The notes beneath the pieces are model-generated. The model saw only the letters and a program-made list of their open reading frames with translations, was not told the origin of the DNA and did no database searches. Positions 8,453 to 16,307 of a DNA stretch of 59,080 nt are shown piece by piece. Each line of letters begins with the position of its first letter. The first letter of the stretch is position 1. This stretch comes from Enterobacter phage EcP1. The stretch lies in sequence record HQ641380.1. One strand, written 5' to 3'. Position numbers and translations under genes: made by a program.

Positions 8453-8971
8453 ATGATTACATATCCATGGCTTGAACAAGCTAAGAAATTAGAAGGTATT
8501 CACGAAGCTACCAAGGCAGGCTCAGAGGCTGTAGATCAGCTTTGGAGAGACTTTAAAATGTCTGGTAACGTTGGTAAGTCTACCTCCCTTCCGTGGTGTT
8601 CTGCGTTGATTGGTGGCTGTATGGAGCGATCTGGCATATCTACCAGACTTCCTGAAGGTACTAAAAATCCAATTTCAAAAGATAGCTCACAATACTGGAC
8701 TCAATGGGGAACCAAATTGGATAAACCAGTTGTAGGGGCTATCGTAGTATTCCGTTGGAGTCCTAATGCAGGTCACGTTGGATTCGTAGTAGGTAAAACT
8801 GCAAATGGTTTACTGTTAGTTTTAGGTGGTAATCAGAGCGATTCTGTATGTGTAAAAGCATTTAAAACAGATCGGATTGTTGGTTACTACTTCCCACGGA
8901 ACCAAGAAATAAAATCTTATGACTTACCGATTGGCACTGCGGCTGAAATGAGCGCAAGCCAAACAAGATAA
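8453..8971 (+). CDS. CHAP/NlpC-like peptidoglycan hydrolase (TIGR02594-like), candidate endolysin
   Basis: Conserved Cys (PWCSALIGGC) and His (NAGHVGFVV), spaced as in CHAP-type amidases/peptidases. Confidence 0.45.
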   Translation: MITYPWLEQAKKLEGIHEATKAGSEAVDQLWRDFKMSGNVGKSTSLPWCSALIGGCMERSGISTRLPEGTKNPISKDSSQYWTQWGTKLDKPVVGAIVVFRWSPNAGHVGFVVGKTANGLLLVLGGNQSDSVCVKAFKTDRIVGYYFPRNQEIKSYDLPIGTAAEMSASQTR

Positions 8972-9076
8972 ACACTTTTTTCTTTTTCGCTTTTTTTCTT
9001 TAACTTTAAATTACGAAGGTTTAACCGCATCACCTTCACTAGGATTTTCCAAAGATGCCTTATGTAAGGACAGATT

Positions 9077-9316
9077 ATGAATGAAATTGTACCAGAACTA
9101 AGTTTTGGTAAAAAAGCAGTAGGACTTACTTTTAATCCAAGTAATAAAACAGAAGTGGATACTGTCAAATGTTACTACGCGGATATCATCGACATGATGG
9201 ATAATTTACGTAAAAATACTGACAGTAAAGAAGTGCAACGACTGGCATCAATTGCTATCACCGAAGCACAAACAGCACAGATGTGGGCTGTTAAAGCCCT
9301 TACATGGAAAGACTAA
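9077..9316 (+). CDS. hypothetical protein
   Basis: 79 aa ORF with an RBS. Confidence 0.35.
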   Translation: MNEIVPELSFGKKAVGLTFNPSNKTEVDTVKCYYADIIDMMDNLRKNTDSKEVQRLASIAITEAQTAQMWAVKALTWKD

Positions 9317-9482
9317 TGAACTTACTGCTACGCTTCTTTTTAATCTTATGGCTTTTGATTAAAGAAGCAACACCAGAGATATTACATGAAAATATCTCTG
9401 CTTATTATTCACTGCCGGAACGCGCAGAACGCAAACCAGCGCATGCATTTGGAGCATGGTGACATAAGATAAAGCCAATACT

Positions 9483-9517
9483 GCCCTGATACTTGCACTA
9501 TCAGGGCTTTTTTTTTT
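9483..9517 (+). terminator. strong rho-independent terminator
   Basis: GCCCTGATA-CTTGCAC-TATCAGGGC, 9 bp stem, followed by T10. Confidence 0.8.
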
Positions 9518-9520
9518 AAC

Positions 9521-9690
9521 AGTCAGTATTGGGATTGGTGAATGCGAAGGCTGATTCGCCTCTTGGGTAGTAAAGGTGAGTAACTACCGGGTCATAACCA
9601 AACAAGTGCAAACGTACCGTGAATGCCCCTGTCGGCATTTAAGCACAAGCAGGAGTTCAGCACCTGCCACCAATCACCAATACTGACTAA
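9521..9690. other. structured non-coding element: inverted ATTGG/CCAAT repeats flanking three hairpins
   Basis: cagtattgggattggtga (9524-9541) is a near-perfect inverted repeat of caccaatcaccaatactg (9667-9685); between them lie hairpins GCGAA-n6-TTCGC, GGTAGT-n11-ACTACC and AATGCC-n6-GGCATT, and a GTGAATGC direct repeat. Confidence 0.4.
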
Positions 9691-9705
9691 GTAAGGATAA
9701 TTATT

Positions 9706-10182
9706 ATGGGATGCGATATTCACTGCTATTCTGAGAAAAGAAATAAAGAAACAGGTAAATGGGAACTGATACCTGAAATGATTAAAGAAATAGATGGAGA
9801 TTATACCGATTATCAAACAGATCAAATATTAAGTAATCGTAATTACATGCTATTTTCTATTTTAGCTGATGTGCGTAATTATGGTTTAAATGCTTATTGT
9901 ATTATCAGCGAACCAAAAGGACTTCCGGAAGATGTTTCAAATGAAGTAAAAGAAATGTCTGACTATTGGGATTGTGACGGACACTCGCATAGCTGGCATA
10001 CACTAAAAGATTTACTAGATCATTCTGCTAAATTTAAAAATGAAAGACGTCTATTAGAAATATTTCCGGAAGATTTAACAGAAGAATGGTATCTGAATCA
10101 AATTAATGAATGTATTCAACAAGCAGATGAATTAAATATTGAACCAGAAAATTACAGAATTGTATTTTGGTTTGATAACTAA
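9706..10182 (+). CDS. hypothetical protein (Cys/His clusters)
   Basis: 158 aa; GCDIHC and CDGHSHSW motifs. Confidence 0.4.
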   Translation: MGCDIHCYSEKRNKETGKWELIPEMIKEIDGDYTDYQTDQILSNRNYMLFSILADVRNYGLNAYCIISEPKGLPEDVSNEVKEMSDYWDCDGHSHSWHTLKDLLDHSAKFKNERRLLEIFPEDLTEEWYLNQINECIQQADELNIEPENYRIVFWFDN

Positions 10183-10191
10183 GGATTAAAT

Positions 10192-10428
10192 ATGGCTACT
10201 TATTATTGTGGTGTCTTGTATGGAGACACTCTCGATACAGCTACCTACGGTATGGGTAGCTTTTCTTTTTGTACCATTGACGGAAGACTGTCATTAGCAA
10301 AAGCTAAAGAAATTGCACGTCAACACGCTATAAGCGAATGTAAGTTTCGTAACAAAAAATATGTAGGTTTTGGTTTAACCAAAGGAATTAATTTTAACTG
10401 CTTAGATAAAGCTAAAAGGTATTCATAA
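10192..10428 (+). CDS. hypothetical protein
   Basis: 78 aa ORF. Confidence 0.35.
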   Translation: MATYYCGVLYGDTLDTATYGMGSFSFCTIDGRLSLAKAKEIARQHAISECKFRNKKYVGFGLTKGINFNCLDKAKRYS

Positions 10429-10937
10429 TGGATTTTACTTATAAGCAGGTACTACTAATTGCAGATAGCCTGTCTGATTCGTATGCTAAAAACTTTGTAC
10501 AGGAAACCATGAATTTAATTATTACGGTAGAACTGGCAATGTCTTTAGAGGAAGATCGTAAACCAAAAGCTGCACGTAAATGCCTTAAAGCTATGTGTAA
10601 AAATAAATATTACACTCATGGTTTAGTACGCAAAGATATCAAAGAAGGTAGCACAGCAAGTGATATTTATAGTTGGTTAAAATCTATAAAAGACAGACTT
10701 CATACCATCCTACTTTCAAGTGTTAAACAGCTACCAAATGCATCAGGCAAGCATTATGTATTTATGAACCAATCAGATAAAACTATCTGCATGTCAAATA
10801 AATATGCTGCTAAAAGCAAATGGCGATGTATTGGTAAATTTGCTAACTCAGAGGATGCAATGTCTGAAACTAAAAAGTTGATGGAAGATCATCAATTAAC
10901 CTTAATCCCTCAAGAGGAGTATATCCCTAATGTTTAA
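10428..10937 (+). CDS. hypothetical protein
   Basis: 169 aa ORF. Confidence 0.4.
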   Translation: MDFTYKQVLLIADSLSDSYAKNFVQETMNLIITVELAMSLEEDRKPKAARKCLKAMCKNKYYTHGLVRKDIKEGSTASDIYSWLKSIKDRLHTILLSSVKQLPNASGKHYVFMNQSDKTICMSNKYAAKSKWRCIGKFANSEDAMSETKKLMEDHQLTLIPQEEYIPNV

Positions 10938-11307
10938 GAAAATTATTTTATCTGTTTGCCTTTTTGGTTTTCTCTCTCCGGTAATGGCAGACTCAGCAGA
11001 TACCTATATCTGCGATGCTTATATCATGCGTCCGGATGCAAAAGATAACCTGAAAGTGGTTAGCACTACTAAACAGGAAACAGCTTTAGTAATCAGCCAT
11101 AAAATGACTAAGATTGCTATTGCTTCCCGTGAAGGTAAAGGAATCTGTTTCCCTAAACTGGATAAGAACACGCTACTGTATAACGGTGACAATTGTTCAT
11201 TTAATAAATCCACTCGTTTTTTCTTATTTGAGATGCCTTCAGGTAATTATATCGGTGCTCATAATTGTAATTTTGTAGGTGAACACGATGATAAACACGT
11301 TAACTAA
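10930..11307 (+). CDS. secreted/periplasmic protein (signal peptide)
   Basis: MFKKIILSVCLFGFLSPVMA-DS: a signal-peptidase I type cleavable leader. Confidence 0.45.
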   Translation: MFKKIILSVCLFGFLSPVMADSADTYICDAYIMRPDAKDNLKVVSTTKQETALVISHKMTKIAIASREGKGICFPKLDKNTLLYNGDNCSFNKSTRFFLFEMPSGNYIGAHNCNFVGEHDDKHVN

Positions 11308-11497
11308 GTTTTACCTTTCAATCATATTTATCTGTGTTCTAGCTTTAGTAGCTTTTGCTATTAAATCTGAAATACAACCTAAGATTGAACCAGAAACTAA
11401 GCTGGAAATGAAATACTTTCCTGAACAACATACCGCATGTTTCTACACGAAATATGCTATCGAATGTATTTACCTTTGGGATGAACTCCCTCGTTAA
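11279..11497 (+). CDS. small membrane protein
   Basis: TM segment LSIIFICVLALVAFAI. Confidence 0.35.
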   Translation: MNTMINTLTKFYLSIIFICVLALVAFAIKSEIQPKIEPETKLEMKYFPEQHTACFYTKYAIECIYLWDELPR

Positions 11498-11524
11498 TTA
11501 ATTAAATTTTTCGGAGAATAAATT

Positions 11525-12577
11525 ATGTCAACTAATGGCGCTTCTACTGTACGTTCACCTGATGTAATCATTGAAATGGCAGAACGTGTATTACGTGCAG
11601 GTCGTGTACCTTATATTGTTGGTTCACCGGGTACAGCTAAATCTTATGTGGCTCGTAAATTAGGTGACAAGCTTAATTTACAACTTATTGATCGTCGTTT
11701 AAGTCAAGCAGACCCTACTGATTTTCAGGGATTCCCATCACTGGATAAACAAGAAGATGGTATTAAACTGGCATCATATGTGCCATTTTCTGACTTCCCG
11801 ATTGAATCAACTCCATTACCGGAAGGTAAAGATGGTTGGTTAATCTTCTTTGATGAATTACCTTCAGCACCTCGTGCTACTTTGGCAGCAGCATACAAAA
11901 TTATGCTGGACAGAGAAGTAGGTGCACATAAACTTCACAAGCGTGTAGTTATTATGTGTGCTGGTAACTTATCATCAGATAAGGCCATCGTTAATAATAT
12001 CGGTACTGCAATGCAGTCACGTCTGATTACACTGCAAATGGGTACAGATTTACGTAGCTGGACTAAACATGCTACAGAATCTAACTTTGACAGTCGTGTA
12101 ATTGGTTTTCTTAACTTCAAATCTGACCTGCTGATGAACTTTGATCCAGATCATCAGGACGTAACTTTCCCATGTCCTCGCACATGGAACTTTGTCAGCG
12201 ATTTAGTCAAAGATGAAGAAGTTAATTACGCAAAAGATTACGCATTGTTAGCCGGTACTGTGGGCAAAGGTGCAGCAAACGAATTCATCACATTCTGTGA
12301 AATTTATCAGGGACTGCCATCCATTCAGGAAATTATGAATGATCCGAAAGGAACCAAAGTACCTGAAGAAATTACCACCAAATTTGCCATGATTTCATAT
12401 TTAGGCGATAAGCTTAATAAATCAAACGCAGAGAAGCTCATTCAATATGTGAGCCGTTTCCCTGCGGATATGCAGGTAGTCACCATGCGTATTGCATATG
12501 GACGTGATAACACTCTTATGAGTGGTTGCCCTGCATTCGAAGAAAAAATGACAAGTCTCGTTAACTTAATTCTGTAA
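11525..12577 (+). CDS. MoxR-like AAA+ ATPase
   Basis: Walker A GSPGTAKS and Walker B LIFFDELP; 350 aa. Confidence 0.7.
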   Translation: MSTNGASTVRSPDVIIEMAERVLRAGRVPYIVGSPGTAKSYVARKLGDKLNLQLIDRRLSQADPTDFQGFPSLDKQEDGIKLASYVPFSDFPIESTPLPEGKDGWLIFFDELPSAPRATLAAAYKIMLDREVGAHKLHKRVVIMCAGNLSSDKAIVNNIGTAMQSRLITLQMGTDLRSWTKHATESNFDSRVIGFLNFKSDLLMNFDPDHQDVTFPCPRTWNFVSDLVKDEEVNYAKDYALLAGTVGKGAANEFITFCEIYQGLPSIQEIMNDPKGTKVPEEITTKFAMISYLGDKLNKSNAEKLIQYVSRFPADMQVVTMRIAYGRDNTLMSGCPAFEEKMTSLVNLIL

Positions 12578-12587
12578 GGAAAATAAT

Positions 12588-13808
12588 ATGTCTGTACAGG
12601 CAGAAGCTGAAAAATTATATGAAAGTGCTTGTGTTAAATTGTTCACCAAAAAACAAGCTATGTTTATCTCTACTATCCTGTACGCGCATAAAGTTGAATT
12701 TACAGATGCGATCGATACGGCGTGTACAGATGGAAGGACTATGCTTATCAGTCCAACGTTTTTTACCAAACTTAACGCAGAAGAACGTGTGTTCTTAATT
12801 GCTCATGAGTGCTGGCATCCTGCGTTAGACCATCTTACACGCCGTGGTGAACGAGATCCTCAAATGTGGAATGCTGCATGCGATTACTTTATTAATGATT
12901 TATTAATCAGTAATGGCTATATCATGCCTAAAGGTGGATTACATGACACTCAATACAGGGACATGACAGCAGATCAGATTTATGAAAAGCTGAAACAAAA
13001 GCAAGATAAGAATCCGGGAGCAAAAACACCTCAGTGTGTGATTGGTCAGGATATTAAGGAACCAACAAAAGAATCTGAAAAGATGGATGGTTCCGGCAGT
13101 AGTGATGGATCTGGCGATGGTAATTCACCATCTCAAAATAACAGTAGTAACGGAATGTCTCCGGCAGAGTCTCTGGAAGCTCATATGGCTAGAGTATTAC
13201 AAAAAGCCTTAATGACCCATGACATGTATGGCGGAACATCAGCAGGAGATATCCCAGGCTCAATCAGGACTAAAATTAAAGACTTGTTTGAACCAAAACT
13301 GCCATGGTATAGCATTCTGCGTAATTATATGGATGCCTTTATAAAAGATGATTATTCATATCGTCGTCCTAATAAACGGTTCTATCCGGATGTATATCTT
13401 CCTACTTTATGTGGTGAAGGTATCGAAGAAATTGCATGGGCATTTGATATTTCTGGCTCAGTAACAGATGATCAAATTAAGCGATTCAACTCTGAAGTCG
13501 CCCATGTACAAGAAGCGTTAAACCCAAGAAAAACAACTATAGTATCATTCGATACTCGTATTCATGATGAGTTTGAATTTAATGAAGACGAGGAATTAGG
13601 CGGACTGGAATTTACAGGACGTGGTGGAACCTGTTTAAAATGTGTATTTGAGTATTTCCGTAAAAGAAATCCAAAAGTACTTATTGTATTCAGTGATCTG
13701 TATTGTTCTCGCATTACAGAGAAACCTCCATACCCTGTAGTATGGATTTGTATTGATAATCCTGCTGCTAAAGTAAATTTTGGTAAGCTAATTCATATCG
13801 ATAATTAA
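12588..13808 (+). CDS. vWA-domain protein with N-terminal HExxH (putative metallopeptidase) domain
   Basis: HECWH motif N-terminally; MIDAS DISGS motif C-terminally; a Gly/Ser/Asp-rich linker between them. Confidence 0.65.
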   Translation: MSVQAEAEKLYESACVKLFTKKQAMFISTILYAHKVEFTDAIDTACTDGRTMLISPTFFTKLNAEERVFLIAHECWHPALDHLTRRGERDPQMWNAACDYFINDLLISNGYIMPKGGLHDTQYRDMTADQIYEKLKQKQDKNPGAKTPQCVIGQDIKEPTKESEKMDGSGSSDGSGDGNSPSQNNSSNGMSPAESLEAHMARVLQKALMTHDMYGGTSAGDIPGSIRTKIKDLFEPKLPWYSILRNYMDAFIKDDYSYRRPNKRFYPDVYLPTLCGEGIEEIAWAFDISGSVTDDQIKRFNSEVAHVQEALNPRKTTIVSFDTRIHDEFEFNEDEELGGLEFTGRGGTCLKCVFEYFRKRNPKVLIVFSDLYCSRITEKPPYPVVWICIDNPAAKVNFGKLIHIDN

Positions 13809-13818
13809 TATTCTCCGT

Positions 13819-13844
13819 GCCCCTGTCCAAGGGGCTTTTTTTTT
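13819..13844 (+). terminator. rho-independent terminator
   Basis: GCCCCT-GTCCA-AGGGGC followed by T9. Confidence 0.75.
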
Positions 13845-13855
13845 ATAGATGACTT

Positions 13856-14083
13856 ATGACAAAGAAAATTAAAGTTTGTGGGTGTCCTTGTTGTGGAAAA
13901 TCTGCGTTCTGGTGTAAAGGTGACAAACAGACTCGTATGCTAGATTTCACGGAATGTGGAAATTGTGGATTACGTATAGAAGGTGATTATAAACCTCAGT
14001 CGTCTCTTGAATTATGGAATACTCGGGTTATGGATCATTATGTAGAAAATTGCTATTACAATATTGATGGTGAAAAATGTTAA
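13856..14083 (+). CDS. Lar-family restriction alleviation-like protein
   Basis: CGCPCCG...CGNCG zinc ribbon, then the ELWNTR motif characteristic of the Lar family (aWNrR). Confidence 0.5.
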   Translation: MTKKIKVCGCPCCGKSAFWCKGDKQTRMLDFTECGNCGLRIEGDYKPQSSLELWNTRVMDHYVENCYYNIDGEKC

Positions 14084-14280
14084 CCAATAGAGAGAAAGAA
14101 ATAATTGATAAGCTTTTGTCTGAATACACTGAAGCTTATGAAAATATTTATCGTTCTTTGGTTCCAAAAGGTTGGGACAGACCAAACTATGATTATCGTA
14201 AACAAATTAAATTATCAGATGCTGTAGCTAAAGCACGAAATAATTTGAACAATTATTTAAATGCTATAAAGGAAAAATAA
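14077..14280 (+). CDS. hypothetical protein
   Basis: 67 aa ORF. Confidence 0.35.
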   Translation: MLTNREKEIIDKLLSEYTEAYENIYRSLVPKGWDRPNYDYRKQIKLSDAVAKARNNLNNYLNAIKEK

Positions 14281-15554
14281 TGGAAGTAAAATTAAACGCA
14301 GATCAGGAAAAAGCAGTACGTGAAGTATCTGGATTTTTACTTGATGATACTAAAAAAGAACACGTTGTATCAGGTGCAGGCGGAACAGGCAAGACATTCA
14401 CTGTAGGGCGTGTATTGGATTCATTAGAAAGAATCAACACGACAGCAGCCCTGTTAGGTGCTAAGAAACTGAATAAGGTTTATTACACAGCATCTACCAA
14501 CAAAGCAGCAGAGGTTCTTTCTAATGCTTCTAATGGTACTGCTTCAACAATCCATAACCTGTTAGGGTTATCAGTAATTAACGATTTTCGTACCGGAAAA
14601 ACAAAGCTTAAGAAGACAGACAGAAATGCTGTAATTTCTGATGCTATTATTGTATGTGACGAAGCCTCTATGGTTAGTGCTGAACTGAAAGCTTTAATCA
14701 AACAGTATACTCAAAATTGTAAAATTATTTATACAGGAGATAAGTATCAATTATTCCCGATAGGTGAAGAAAGCAGCCCTGTATTTGATGATGCTACAAT
14801 AAGTCAGTCAATCTTACTTGAACCAATGAGACAAGATAAAGACTCGCCTATTTATAAACTATGCAATCAATTTCGAAAAACAGTAGAAACAGGTAAATTC
14901 TTTCCTATTATTGGTTCAAAAGGTCATGTTGATTATTTAACTACAGATCAGTATCGTGCAGAAATTATTCAAAATTTCGTACATGAACCAAGAGATGATA
15001 TGAAGATTCTCTGCTATACAAATCCTGAAGTAGTTGGATATAACACGAATATTCGAAAACTTCGTGGTCTACCTCCTACGTTTACAGCAGGGGAAACCAT
15101 TGTATCTAATAATGCTGCCAAATCGATGTCTCAAGATTCCATGCTTGTAATTGAGCGTGAATATCTCATTGATGATGTATCTCAAATTATCGAACATCCG
15201 CAGTATAAATTTAAATGCTATTACGTTTGGATTAATGGTAGCCAATACTTGCAGCCTGTTAATCAGGATGATGTAAAAAAAGTATTGCAACATCTTGCTA
15301 AGAAATCTAAACAAGATGGTGATTGGGAAGATTATTTTTATTTCAAAAATAACATTGCAGATCTGCGACAAAAAGATGCGTCTACTGTACATAAATCTCA
15401 AGGCTCTACATATGATACCGTGTATATTGATTTAAACGATATAGGTAAGTGTTTTAACCGAGTTGACGCCGCACGTTTATTATATGTAGCTGTATCTCGC
15501 CCAACTACCCGCATTGCTTTATACGGAAAATTACCTGACTACTACGGTGGTTAA
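14280..15554 (+). CDS. Dda/RecD-like SF1B DNA helicase
   Basis: Walker A GAGGTGKT, DEAS motif II, GDKYQLFPIG, and VHKSQGSTYD (motifs V/VI). Confidence 0.85.
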   Translation: MEVKLNADQEKAVREVSGFLLDDTKKEHVVSGAGGTGKTFTVGRVLDSLERINTTAALLGAKKLNKVYYTASTNKAAEVLSNASNGTASTIHNLLGLSVINDFRTGKTKLKKTDRNAVISDAIIVCDEASMVSAELKALIKQYTQNCKIIYTGDKYQLFPIGEESSPVFDDATISQSILLEPMRQDKDSPIYKLCNQFRKTVETGKFFPIIGSKGHVDYLTTDQYRAEIIQNFVHEPRDDMKILCYTNPEVVGYNTNIRKLRGLPPTFTAGETIVSNNAAKSMSQDSMLVIEREYLIDDVSQIIEHPQYKFKCYYVWINGSQYLQPVNQDDVKKVLQHLAKKSKQDGDWEDYFYFKNNIADLRQKDASTVHKSQGSTYDTVYIDLNDIGKCFNRVDAARLLYVAVSRPTTRIALYGKLPDYYGG

Positions 15555-15555
15555 T

Positions 15556-16035
15556 ATGAATAATTCATTGGATATCAAAATATGCATTAAAACTGCATTA
15601 TTTAAAAACATCAACGATCATTTAAAATCGACGCTATCAGATATTTTTGAAGCTCATAATAAAATGACAGGGTCTTCTCATAATAAATTTATGTATGATG
15701 GTGAAGTATATTATCGCAATCACACTGTAGCACCTTTTAACGAAACCTTGTTAGAATCGCCACTTCATAACAAGATGGATCAGTATTTAGAATTACTGAC
15801 AAAATATAAAAAAGATGAAAAATTGATTCTTAATTATATTGGCATAATTATATCTATTTCTAACACAGTAAAGGATACCTTTACAAAATTACCTAATGCA
15901 TTAACTGTATTTTGTAATCGTCATATAAATCCTCCACTGGATACAAATTATATTCAGTTTAAAGATTTTAAAAAATATGATGCAGAGATGGATAAATTAA
16001 TAACTTATTATTTAAATTATAATCTACTATTATGA
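15556..16035 (+). CDS. hypothetical protein
   Basis: Start taken just after the helicase stop (MNNSLDIKI). Confidence 0.4.
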   Translation: MNNSLDIKICIKTALFKNINDHLKSTLSDIFEAHNKMTGSSHNKFMYDGEVYYRNHTVAPFNETLLESPLHNKMDQYLELLTKYKKDEKLILNYIGIIISISNTVKDTFTKLPNALTVFCNRHINPPLDTNYIQFKDFKKYDAEMDKLITYYLNYNLLL

Positions 16036-16307
16036 ATATAAAATTAGTGGTACTAATCTGCCCTGCTAAGACTATCGGAGTTGTTAAACTTTTGTTAGGA
16101 GACTGTCCTGAATTTCTGGACAGAAGCCCATCGATAACATTTGGAGAGGAGTATCACTTTTTTTATGAAAATCCATCACTTAAAGTAGTTGACACAATTC
16201 ATAAATATGTAGATGAATGGAAAAAGAAGAACCTACCTTTCAGATGTGAGATAGTGTATAGCATCGGCAACACTGAAACTATCCTATCAGGAGAGTATGT
16301 TACATGA
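16032..16307 (+). CDS. hypothetical protein
   Basis: 91 aa ORF. Confidence 0.4.
   Translation: MNIKLVVLICPAKTIGVVKLLLGDCPEFLDRSPSITFGEEYHFFYENPSLKVVDTIHKYVDEWKKKNLPFRCEIVYSIGNTETILSGEYVT

Noticed and set aside
9592-9825. 77 aa minus-strand ORF spanning the structured intergenic element
   Set aside because: Opposite to all neighbouring genes, no RBS, and covers the hairpin-rich element; more likely non-coding.
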